64,000 nucleotides of DNA from assembly GCA_008632985.1 (NCBI GenBank), contig QPGO01000315.1, positions 1 to 64,000 on the forward strand. The letters run 5' to 3'. Below, in pieces: positions 48,150 through 59,148 of the stretch (positions within the stretch are counted from its first letter, which is position 1; each line of letters starts with the position of its first letter). Origin of the DNA: Psammoneis japonica. Taxonomy: Eukaryota. The position numbers and the translations under genes were made by a program. Below the pieces are notes generated by a model. It was not told the DNA's origin and made no database searches. It saw only the letters and a program-made list of their open reading frames with translations.

Positions 48150-49800
48150 GTTGAACTGTTCCAACATCAAAACTTCAATAAAACCCTCGAAAAATCAATG
48201 GCATCACCCACCACGAGATGTTCTCTGCCTTTGACATCAAGGCTAAAGAACGAGACGTGTCTCCTTGGAAGCATGCCCAGCATTAGACTTGCGCAGGGCA
48301 CCTGGGGGGCCTGGTGGCTCCCCCACTTCAAAGTTGTTGGTGCAAGCTGTAGCAAGCTGGCTGGTTCCACTGAACTGGTGGACAATGCCAAGGAACTGGT
48401 GCTGATGACTGCAGATGGCTTTCCTTCACTGTGGGGAACACAACAGACACAGCAGAATTGACATTCAAGGAACCAGTGCATTCGCAGGATCCAACTGAGG
48501 ATGGACATCAAATGCATCTTCAACTTGAGATGCAACACACAGTGGCATTGCAGTTGCTGAGACGCGGGAGCCGGGTCCAATTTGGACTCTGCAAACCCCA
48601 CCGGAACTTAAAAGAGACATCACAAATGCAGCAGAAAGCATGGGAGCTGTCTCACATCCTGCATGGTCACTGGAGCATGGAGCACCCTGATCTCATGATG
48701 TTGATTCTTCACCTGAGAGAGGTCAACCAGGCCCTTCTGGCAATGCACATGAGGTTGGCAATCTTGACAGGGGAGCTGGGGAGATTGTAAGATCATGCCA
48801 AAGGATGTTTGTCTTGGTGGTGCCAGATGAACAAGTCAGAAATGCGACCCTTGGATTGGTCTTGAGTGGCAGCAACAGTGGCACTCTGAGTGTTGGCATC
48901 TGCATCTCCCTCTGGAGCCAAAAATGATTGGCGGTTTTTCATCCAACACCCACAATGACCACACCAAGGAAGAATGCTTGGTTGCACCATTGGTGATTCA
49001 AGCATGAGATTCTCCATGTCTTGGAGGAATCTTGCAAGGATCCCTTTGAGTGCAAGCAGTCTGGTGTTGCAGGTGATTGCAACAATCGCCTCGGCCACCC
49101 GGGCCTCGTCCGCCTTGGTCTCCACATCCGCCGCATCCACCACCACCTTGGTCTTCCTTGAGAGGCCAAGAAGCACCCTTGGGATCATCTGACACATCAT
49201 CCCCGAGTGGATTGGGGGCTGCATCTCTGATCGGGACATCTCCTTGTGATGCTGAACGAACACTCATTTCGCAAAATCAAAGGTTTCGCTTCATGCCAAC
49301 TCAACAGACTCAACTCAAAGCAATGACAAGACACTTGGGCTCACAACCGCAGAAAGGAGCTGGATGACAGCACAAGCTGGGGTGACAATGATTGTCTAAA
49401 TGGCACAAATGCCTCGACAGCGTGCGGAGCTGTTGAAGTGATTCTGGTCCCCGAAAACGCACAAATCCTCAAGAAGTGAGAGAAGGAGAGAAGAGGGGCC
49501 CCAAAGGCCTCAAGAGCAAAAGTGTGGACCAAAAGACATGCCACTGGCATGTGTCCATGAGAAAACCGTAGAATGGATGTGACCAAATGAAAAGCCAGTC
49601 ATCCGAAAAACCACAACAAACCCAACAATGGCAGCAATCTCCAAAGAGAGTGAACCAAGAAAAGACACGCCACTGGCACATGTCCACGAGAAAACCGCAG
49701 AATGGATGTGACCAAATGAAAAGCCAGTCATCCGAAAAACCACAGCAAACCCAATGGCAGCAATCTCCAAAGAGCAAACCATGTGCTGTGCTGCACTCCC
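48150..49800. repeat. TpA-depleted domain 5; possible retroelement gag remnant on minus strand
   Basis: TA scarce; Gly/Arg-rich stretch followed by WCGHCGCW knuckle-like motif (48940-49150, -). Confidence 0.65.
49532..49774. repeat. Two-copy tandem duplication, period 129 bp
   Basis: AAAGACAYGCCACTGGCA...GCAGCAATCTCCAAAGAG at 49532-49647 and 49661-49774. Confidence 0.9.
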
Positions 49801-49806
49801 GTATTT

Positions 49807-52035
49807 ATGAGAGTGCCAACGTCACTAAGACGTCACAGCTTCAACTTCCGTCGCTTGAGCAAGACAATGATGGATTCTTCTGCGGCGGCCTCAGCGTTCG
49901 TCGTCGATGCAATGGCGTTCCTAAAGTTCGTAATTGCTTTCATTGTTGTCCTTTTCGTGTCTCCCACCTCTCCTCTAACGCCCTCAAGACCCTCACGCCA
50001 TAATATTCCGGCACCACCCAACTTGGATTATTTTGACTTTCAAAAGGATGCAATCTGTGCACTCGTGGAGCGCCCCAATGGCGTATTGCTGTGCGATGAA
50101 ATGGGCCTTGGCAAGACTACATCGGCGATTGGAGCACTAAATTGTTTGGATTTTACACGAGTCCTAATAATAGCACCAAAGTCCTTGCTGACCAATTGGG
50201 AAACGGAACTCCAACGGTGGCTTGTAGTAGTTGCGCGGCATCGACGCAAAAATGTCTGCAGTGACGGCAACAAGTGGAATTCCCCATGATTCGAACGTAA
50301 TATTGATGAATTATGACATTGTAAAAAGTTTCGGGTGGAAATTGATGACTCCAGTTCTAAACAATCCCCATGAGCTCTATCCGTTGTTGCGTGCTCTTGA
50401 TCCTCGCGGCAACGTCGTTCCGGAGCTGCTTGACCGAGAGGACTTTTTGAATCGCTACTGTGGACGAAGAGAGTCGCAGTGGGGCGTAGTATACAAGGGT
50501 GGCAAGAATTTATCCGAGTTACGAGAGCGAGTGCGATCTGGAGACGCGCCAATCTTGATGCGAAGAACAAAGAATGAAGTACTCGGCGATTTACCAGCAA
50601 AACGACATCAAATGATTCCACTGGAGGATAACTTCGTGGTGGCTCAAGAGGGAGAAACGTTACTAGAGGCATTGGAAATGACACGTTTAAAGTATGGGAG
50701 TAGTTCCGTCAACCATAGTGGCGATCTGTCGTCGCTCAAAGTTTCCGAGCTGAAGACTCGACTGAAAGCGAGAGGTTTGTCACCGTACGGACGAAAAGCA
50801 GATCTCGTGGACCGGCTCCGCCAAAACGCGTTGCTAAGACTCGAGCTCAAGTCATGGAGACAAGAGAGGATGACTCCCAACCTAAAAATGAAGCTTCCGC
50901 GAGAGTGTTTGATAGTATTGGGTCTGCACTTCGTTCCGAAACTCGAAAGGGCGGCCGATGGGAAGGACTCGAGCGAATTCTCGGGCTCAGCGATATACCT
51001 TTTGGCCGAGATGACGACGACAGCTCAGTTATTCTCGGTGCTCTTTCGGAAGCACGTCATGCTACAGCTCTAGAAAAGGTTCCTCATGCTATTGAACTAA
51101 TTGAGAATGCCATTGATTCTCACAAGGTTGTGGCGTTTGCACATCATCGGGACGTTCAGGATGCTCTCATGACTGCATTTCAAGGCCATGCTGTTGCACT
51201 TAACGGTAGATCGACACAAGAGGAACGAGCAGAGGTTGTTGAGCAATTTCAAAACGACGACTCGATTCGTCTCTTTATCGGATCGATTCGAGCTGCAGGA
51301 GTAGGCATTACTCTCACTGCCGCAAGCCACGTAATCTTTGTAGAATTCGATTGGAGTCCAATGATTGTCCAACAGGCGGAAGATCGCTGTCATCGCGTCG
51401 GTCAGCTGTCGAGTGTCTTGGTGCAGTATCTTTTCTTTCGAGGGACTATTGATGAGCATTTGGCTTCGTTGCTGTCGTCAAAGCAAAGCACTGTTTCGGT
51501 TGCCGTTGACTCGCCGACGGGGGCAGCGACATGGTGTTTGACTTTGGAAAACATAGAGGGGAGACAGTTGCCGACGTTGCTGCAGGTAGTTCGGGATATC
51601 TCCGATGGATTGTGGATGAAAAAGTTTATAGCAAACGACCGAAACTCGCCGAGGCACTATGCGAGCTTGGATATATTACGGAAGCTGAAGCCAGTAGTGC
51701 GAAAGAAGCACCCAACGTTCCTTTGGCAACGGCGCCGTAAGTAGATCCCACACAAAAGTCAACGACGATAAAGAAGACGGTTACAAAAGCTCGAACTACA
51801 AAGTTTTGTCATTTCGTTCGGTAAGCATAAAGGAGAGCTTCTGTCGGACATTCCGAGAGAGTATCGCAGATGGTAAGTAATGGCGGTGTTTCGTGGAGTC
51901 AAATCTCTTCTACAGCACGTCAAACCCATTTCTTATTAAATGATAGGCTGATCTCGTCTGGTGCAACTCGAAACCAGTCTGGTCTAAGAGCGGCAATGAA
52001 AGCAATGGAAGAGACGACTAACAGGCGAAAGCTAC
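49807..52035 (+). pseudogene. SNF2-family (SMARCAL1/ZRANB3-like) helicase with internal SAP domain and C-terminal FGK[H/Y]xG repeats; frameshifts and missing motif II
   Basis: LLCDEMGLGKT, IIAPKSLLTNW, MRRTKNEVLGDLP, SAP LKVSELKTRLKARGLSPYGRKADLVDRL, AAGVGITLTAAS, QAEDRCHRVGQ, FDFGKHRG and SFGKHKG. Confidence 0.8.
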
Positions 52036-52725
52036 TTCCACGCGTGAGCAAGTAATGATTGGAATGTTCACTGTGCATATTATTCTCCCCTGATCAACCC
52101 CGTATTGGCCGTCTTGGCCTTGTTCAGAAGACTTCTTTTCACGATCCTTTTTCGTTACCGAGTCGACAAGCTTTTGTACTCCCCAAATTTGACGGGAAAG
52201 TCTTATTTGCTTCGTCGCTAATCAGATTCATTGGTATACTTCGAAACCTTGCCATGTGTACAAACGCAGAGAAACATTCGCCATTACGTTTCAACGCTTC
52301 AAAGACTTGATCACTTGATCTTGTCGAGGGATCACCAGCTTCCGAAGAGGCTCGCTATCCATTGTTTCTATTGCAGTTGGATCGAAGCAAGATACAAAGT
52401 CGCCGACTCGAACCTGCTTGTCTTCGTCGTCAGATTTGCTCCTGATGAAGAGGAGGAAGTGAATGCGGCTCGAGATCGATTGCTCTTGCACTCGGAGTAT
52501 CAGTCGTATAGAACTTTATTCGAAATCTTGGGGGCTTGCGAGTCATGCCTCACACTACCCGCATGGGCAACAAGGCTTGCTGAAAGGATTGTTCAAATGG
52601 CGTAGCAGTTTATGGTAGGAGGAAAGTGTGAAGAAGCACATCATAGACTCGCGTCATTTTTATTTTGTGAACTCTGTGCCTCATATATTTTATGTACATT
52701 ATTTTTATTTGGTTCCTTGGGAAGT

Positions 52726-53985
52726 TCATTGAAAGTAGCATTCTTCAGTGTCTTCTACATGCCAGATGCATCCAAAGGGTTGACCTGTTAGTTCGTCTTC
52801 GATCGTCTCTGTTGACACTTCAAGGATATGCGTAGCGTAGTCTTTTAGAGTTGAAACGTCGTCCTCCAACGACGGTGGTTCGTCCCACGTCTTTTTCTTC
52901 AGTGTAGAAACACCTCCGTCCTTCAACATTTTGAGAGCTAGTTCAGGTGAAGGTCTTCCAAAGAAAATCTGATGTTCAATGGGAACCCAGGCAAAGCTGA
53001 AATACTCCTCGCTGATGACAATGAGCTGGCCGTCAAGCCATTGGTGATTGACGAAACCATCCTCAGCCACCTGACCATACCCACGAATTCGCTGTAATTG
53101 CTTTGTCCCCCATTTTTTGGCAGCCTTTTCTGTTAGTTGAATAGGTTGCAAATCTGGCTTTTCTTCGCCGCCAACTCTGCGCTTCTTGAGAGGACTCAGA
53201 TCTGCCTGAAAGGTCAGCTCACCTCGTGGTACGTTGTTGTCTCCCGTAGTCTTTTCAGCTACCAGTACGTCGCCAACATATGTCACATTAATCATTTCAT
53301 AGCCATGCTTTCCATACCTAATAAAAAACAAGAAGTATTGATTGGTAAGAACAAAACATAGAGGATGCGAACAATTCGACGATCGAATGTGGAACACTCA
53401 CTTTCCGACCCACAACCCTTCCAAGTTGAATTGGGGCAAACAACTTCGTGCCGCTCGAGCATTAGCCTTGTGTTCTGCCGCATCGTCGTAGCGATGTTCA
53501 GACTTCGCCTTTTCAAGTGCTTCTAATTCTAGCTTGTATACAAGCTCAGGGTCTTGCTTCTCCAATTCGTGAAGACGTTTCCGGATTTTGTTCTCACGTT
53601 TGCTAAGGCCGGCGTTGATAGCATCGACCAACTCAACGCTCAAGTCTTCAATCTTGGTCCGAAGGTCCCATAACTCATTCCCATACTCTATAAACTGCGC
53701 TCGAGCCTTCGAGTCGAGCTCTTTCCGTTGCCGACGCATATCGCTTTCGAGCACCGGCTCCAGATCTTCAAATTCGGACAATCGACGGTTGCTTTCACCA
53801 TCCGTGGAGGTCTCTTTGGAAGAGTACAGCTGAAATCTTCGAGAGAGGCGCGATTGTGGTACGACACCGAATGACAAAACTCCACCCACCGACAAAAGAA
53901 CAAAAAGCACAAAAGTGAACGATCTGTTCTTTTCTCGACCAAACTTGACAGCGAACATTGTTATCGCAACAAAATTAAAATGCAA
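52726..53985 (-). CDS. Plastid-targeted DUF3506 / EXECUTER-like protein, paralogue A, 2 exons
   Basis: Hydrophobic signal ending VLS-F; coiled coil with RYDDAA; LEGLWVGK|YGKHGYEMINV, KTTGDNNVPRGELTF; intron 53401-53318. Confidence 0.78.
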
Positions 53986-54300
53986 AAGGTGTCTCTGGAC
54001 TCAACAAAAGCTGTCGAGGTTACCTGACCAACTTCAATGACGATACAAAACTAACAACAACGTTGCTAGAAAAATGAGTGCAGAGGTGTCACCAGAACAA
54101 ACTCGAAAAGTGGTGATGTCATTCTCCCGCCAATTTCTGAAGCGGGAATGACACTCATGACTAAAGTCTACCCAATCATCGCACAGATCAGCGTGCGTTG
54201 AAACGGTTCCTGACGGATGACAGACGAAAGGTTCGATGCGATCGTCCGTCACCCGTTTTCGCGGTTCGTCAGCATTTTTTCCACGCAAGCAAAAACCAAC

Positions 54301-54404
54301 TGACGTATCCCCGAGCTTGGTATTAGTTTTCACGTAGGAAATCGTGTAGTTTGGACGATGACGTCAGGAAGGTCCGTTAAAAGCAGGTTACGTCGACATG
54401 ACGT
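54301..54404. promoter_or_regulatory. Cluster of TGACGT (bZIP/aureochrome-type) motifs in a divergent promoter
   Basis: TGACGT at 54301, TGACGTCA at 54359, TGACGT at 54399, further ACGT cores at ~54332 and ~54390. Confidence 0.45.
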
Positions 54405-54572
54405 TTAGATGCCTGGGCAATACAGTAATCGTCATGCTTTTTCAACGAATGCAAGTCAAGAGTCATCAAAACAGAACGTTGAACAGTTGGCGCCAAGTTG
54501 ATCGCTGATTTTGCGTTCCACCACTTTGCTCACATTACTGTTACCATCATCTGTTGTCAGAGCTCCGAAATA

Positions 54573-55723
54573 ATGTTTTCTCGAATTTTAATTGCCACTG
54601 CCGTATTGGTAGCTCTTATCGATACGGCAGCTTTTGTCAGCCAGCCAGCATTTACATCATCATCGCGAGTGCGAAACACTGCCCGTTTCATGCATTCGGA
54701 TGCCGCAGAAGAATGGGAGATGTCAGAAGAGCGCCAAACAGGATTTTCTGACTCACGTCGTGAGCGTTTGCAGCTCGAAGCAAGCGCCAAGTCTAGATTT
54801 GTGTCTGGTGATAACCTTCATTTGTTACGAAAAGAAGTGTTGAAATTGCGTGATGAACTCGCTAAAGCAAGAAGAAACGATTCTTCCTTGCGTGTCAAAG
54901 AATTAGAACGTGCCATCCTAAAGGCGCAACAAGTCGATGCAGAGTTTGTTTATGCTGTCGCACAAGAACGAATGGATGAAGCAGAAGAGATGGGAGATTA
55001 CGAGGCTTTGGAGAAATTTCGTGCTGAAGCAATGGAGGCGCGTTCTTGTCTTCCTCAGTTCAACCTTGAAGGGCTTTGGGTTGGAAAGTAAGTATTGTTT
55101 TGGCGCGACCAGGAAACGTTGTCGATTTGACTGTTTTGAGCACGAGACTTATTCGTTTTCCGATCTTCAATTCCAGATACGGCGAACATGGTTACGAAAT
55201 GATCAATGTCACCTATGTTGGCGACACTTTAATTGCTCGTAAGGTTACCGGCGCAAAGAATCAAAATGTTCCCAAGGGACAAGTGACGTTCCAAGTTGAT
55301 CTGAGCCCAAATCCAATTTCATCTGATAACATGCTTCAACCAATTGAATTGACGGATGATGCGACCAAACAATGGGGAACAAAACACCTCTCTCGCTTTG
55401 TCGGAGTTGGGCAGGTTTCTGGGCAAGGTTTCTCCAATAGCCAATGGTTGGAGGGACAACTCATCTTGGTCGGGGACTACTTTAGCTTTGCATGGGTCCC
55501 ACTAGGGCACCAGGTATTCTTTGGACGCCCAAGCCCAGAACTTATTCTTAAAATGGTCAAGTCAGAAAATACCGCTCCCTCGAGTCAAGACCAAATGCGA
55601 GACTACCTGGAACGATGCATGGACGAAACTAACCAACAGGAAGAAGAATCAAAGCACTGTGAAAAGTTGTCATTTACAAGAGACGATCCCAGTTACTTTG
55701 GCCAAGCGGGATGCTTCGAATAA
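54573..55723 (+). CDS. Plastid-targeted DUF3506 / EXECUTER-like protein, paralogue B, 2 exons
   Basis: MFSRILIATAVLVALIDTAA-FVSQP bipartite presequence; CLPQFNLEGLWVGK|YGEHGYEMINVTYVGD; intron 55088-55176 at the same codon position as in paralogue A. Confidence 0.8.
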
Positions 55724-55848
55724 GTGGCCTGTATTCATTTTGTACAATACCATCACTCACACTCCGCACACACCATAGATATACATAACCGCGCACTAAC
55801 CATATACATTTCATAGACAGTCAAGAATTCGAAGACTCTTCAGTGTTA

Positions 55849-57969
55849 CTAGGATACTTCTTGCCGTCGCTTTATGTGTTTGTCGCGCTTCTTCAGAAGC
55901 TTCTTCATCAATCTCTTTGATATCTCAGTACCATCAGCATTCTTGACCGGTATTCCATTGTCGTCGTATTCGGAAAACATACCCTCGTATGGACCAGTAC
56001 GAAACAGTTTCTCGACGGGAATTTCATTAATTGGAATAGTGGCGTTTTTCTTGCTGCCCTCTGCTGACTTTGTCGAAGAGCCATGCTCAGGTGCCTTGGT
56101 CTTTGGAACAATATATCTCCATCCCGGGGAAGCGGAGTCGTCGTCAATCTTTGAGTCCAGCAATTCCAGTCCCATTGTGGGCATGACATCTTTTCTCAAA
56201 TGATCGCACAGGCCAAGTATATCCTTGACGCCATCAGTTGCATTGCCACTTTTCACCTCTGAGTGTGCGGCCTTGCGTACAGCGGCACGAAACTGCACTA
56301 GCTCTTCTATTAATGCATTTCCACCACCCACAACCTCACGCTTCTCCCCATTACTTTTCGAAAGCCCGACACGAACCGTGGAGTCTGAGAATCCAACTAG
56401 AGACAAGAGATCACGAACAGCATCTACAGCGGCGCGTATAGGTTCTACAGGAGATTCGCCCGGAGCTGAATTTTTCAATTGAGAGTCACCGGCATCCACA
56501 ATGCGAAGCAGCTCCTCCAGAAACAATGATCCGTCCATATCAAATTGCCGGGTTTGTCCCTCTGATTCGTTGGAGGTCGTACCGGCCAACGCACAGTGGC
56601 AATTTGTCGTCGCTTCCGACACCACAGTAAACAGTTTGTAATCATTGTCGCTCCACGTTTTCGGTGCATTCTCATTCTCACGTTGTATCCAACTTGAACC
56701 GTCCAATAAGAATCGGACAAGTTTTTCTCGAATCACGCGACTCTCGTCCAATCGATCCTGAGAATATGTTGCGGGTCCACGATACGATCCCGATAAACCC
56801 AAACACCACAAACGAAAGTCATCTGCCGGTGATGACGGCATTGCTCCATCATCTAAATCATTGCCACCATCGGATGAAAGCATTTCTTGTATTGTAATAA
56901 AGTTCTTAAGCGACTTTGACATTTTCATTCCGTGAATGTGTAAATGACCCGTGTGAATCCAGTGTTGAATCCACTCCTTTTCGTCCCGGTTTGACGTACC
57001 AGCATACGCTTCAGCTTGTGCAATCTCATTGGTATGATGCGGAAACTTCAAATCAACTCCTCCAGCGTGAATTTTGAATTCATGTGTATTCTGAAACCTC
57101 TTTTGAACCGATTCAATCATGGCTGAACATTCAATATGCCAACCCGGTCGGCCTTGTCCCCAAGGCGACTCCCAATAGAGATCTTCACCTGGTTTTCGAT
57201 TTTTCCACAAGACAAAGTCTCGTACATCCCGTTTCTCTGCTTCCTCAACTCCACGCAACGAGAAAAAGTCAGAACTGTTTGCTGGTGGCGCAAGCTTGCC
57301 GTACTTGGTCAAGTGTCCCAGTTTTGATTCAAACGCACGCACATCAAAGTAAACTCCATCGTCTTGTACAACATACGCCATGTCTTGCTGCACAAGACGA
57401 TCAATATACGGAACAATATCCGATTCGACATGATCCGTCACTCGGGTAACAACATGCGGTCTCTTGCATCCCAGTGCATCCAAGTCTCTCCAGAAATCCG
57501 TTTCAAATCTCCGCGCTAAATCCACTGGCGATTCGTCCTTGCTTTCTGCAGCTGCCGCGAAGATTTTGTCATCCACGTCTGTGATATTCATGACAAAGAG
57601 AGGAGGTAGCTTTTTTGAATTGTAGGATGCTTCCAACTTGGAGGAATGGTGCTCCAAGACCCGTCGCAAGATATCCAGACAGACATATGTGCGTGCGTGT
57701 CCCAAATGTGCTGGTGCATACGTTGTGGGGCCACAGGTGTAAAAGGCAAGACCCTTGTTTTCAGAAGTGACTGGTAAAGTCTTGTAGCTTTCTGATAGAG
57801 AATCATACAGTACCACAGATGATGGTTCTGTTGTTGAAAGATTGCGACTCTGCGAAACTAGAATGCAGCGATTCGCTGTGAATTTGAGCAGTCGCGCCGA
57901 CAAAGGTGTTACCCTATTAGCAAGCGTCTGATGTAAGAAACGTATCCTTGCGCTGTTGTAGAATGCCAT
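55849..57969 (-). CDS. cysS: Cysteinyl-tRNA synthetase, probably organellar (N-terminal presequence)
   Basis: YTCGPTTY, HLGHAR, NITDVDDKI, DFVLWK, GRPGWHIECSAM, GGVDLKFPHHTNE, KMSKSLKNF; intact 706 aa. Confidence 0.96.
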   Translation of the reverse strand: MAFYNSARIRFLHQTLANRVTPLSARLLKFTANRCILVSQSRNLSTTEPSSVVLYDSLSESYKTLPVTSENKGLAFYTCGPTTYAPAHLGHARTYVCLDILRRVLEHHSSKLEASYNSKKLPPLFVMNITDVDDKIFAAAAESKDESPVDLARRFETDFWRDLDALGCKRPHVVTRVTDHVESDIVPYIDRLVQQDMAYVVQDDGVYFDVRAFESKLGHLTKYGKLAPPANSSDFFSLRGVEEAEKRDVRDFVLWKNRKPGEDLYWESPWGQGRPGWHIECSAMIESVQKRFQNTHEFKIHAGGVDLKFPHHTNEIAQAEAYAGTSNRDEKEWIQHWIHTGHLHIHGMKMSKSLKNFITIQEMLSSDGGNDLDDGAMPSSPADDFRLWCLGLSGSYRGPATYSQDRLDESRVIREKLVRFLLDGSSWIQRENENAPKTWSDNDYKLFTVVSEATTNCHCALAGTTSNESEGQTRQFDMDGSLFLEELLRIVDAGDSQLKNSAPGESPVEPIRAAVDAVRDLLSLVGFSDSTVRVGLSKSNGEKREVVGGGNALIEELVQFRAAVRKAAHSEVKSGNATDGVKDILGLCDHLRKDVMPTMGLELLDSKIDDDSASPGWRYIVPKTKAPEHGSSTKSAEGSKKNATIPINEIPVEKLFRTGPYEGMFSEYDDNGIPVKNADGTEISKRLMKKLLKKRDKHIKRRQEVS

Positions 57970-58352
57970 GATTGAAACTTATGACGTTCGTTGTGTTGAA
58001 AAGTGTTGAATCAACGGGGGATTCAGAGCCATCGTCATGGTTGCATCATTTTTTGTGATTTTTGGCAGGTCGGACGGAAGGAGACGCGCGGTCAGCGCGA
58101 TCAGAGCGTTTTGATTAAACCGACTAACGAGGTCTCGAAGTCTTCCAAAAAAGAACTCTCAGGCAATTCCGAACTTCGTGTCAAAAAGTGTCACTTGGAT
58201 AGACCCCTCGTACAAAAATGACGTAAAATTCTACGTCGACATAACGGATGCGAAAAACATGTCACGATCCATCTGCATCGAACCACGAGAGCGATGGGCG
58301 AGATGGCATAAAAAAGAACATCAATCATCTACGGTAACAACGAAACCCCACA

Positions 58353-58703
58353 ATGACGTCCCCAGCAGTACAGTTGCTCTTGGTCTTTGTCATGTTTGCA
58401 TGGCTACCCGTGGCAGAAACGAGCGATCAGCCTCACAGCAGGGCGAGGTATGCGAGTGCTCAGGAGCGAGCATTGTTTGGATACTCTTTGGCCGATGACG
58501 CGCTCTTTGGAACGACCAACCTTCGTCGTGACTTGCAAAAGCAGCATCACGATCTTCACGCTGTCAAGAATACCAGCATCAAGACGACCAACAAGAAGCA
58601 TCGAGAACATCCCAAGCACCATCATGACGACGAAGAAGGTCCGCCCACCTTTTCCAGGAGGGCAAGCGAAAACGATTCCTTCTTCTTGCCCTTTATGCCA
58701 TAA
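58353..58703 (+). CDS. Hypothetical small secreted protein
   Basis: 116 aa ORF with signal-peptide-like N-terminus and LRRDLQ motif; no recognisable domain. Confidence 0.4.
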   Translation: MTSPAVQLLLVFVMFAWLPVAETSDQPHSRARYASAQERALFGYSLADDALFGTTNLRRDLQKQHHDLHAVKNTSIKTTNKKHREHPKHHHDDEEGPPTFSRRASENDSFFLPFMP

Positions 58704-59148
58704 AGAGAATTCTGTCAGAGATAGTATGCGTGATGCTTTGTACATATTGACACGATACATTTCTGCTTCAGTCCAATTCGTTTCTTTTCCCTGATAATCA
58801 GTGCCTGTTTCAAGTCATTTTGGTATCAGCTCAGCTGCGAACAGAAAGCGTTCTGTTTGACTGTGTCACTGATGAAAAGTGTATCTTGCATATTAACGTT
58901 CAATCCGCGGGTACGACTGCATAGTATTATTAGAACCTAAAGAACTATAACTGAAACGAAAACAACGATACGTCAGTATCCTTAGCAGTAATATAATTTC
59001 GCGTGCAAAGATACGGTTCTGTGATCTCATCTCCAGACGCATCAGAACAGCGTTGACAATAACTTTCTTAACGTTGCGTTATGAATTACGTATGACTAAT
59101 CGAATGGCACCACTACCCTGTTTCGTCGGGTAAGTAGTGTCACCGCCA

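Noticed and set aside
1..49800. Classical fungal RIP or CpG decay alone as the cause of the composition
   Set aside because: C->T processes create rather than remove TpA and cannot turn Tyr codons into Cys or His.
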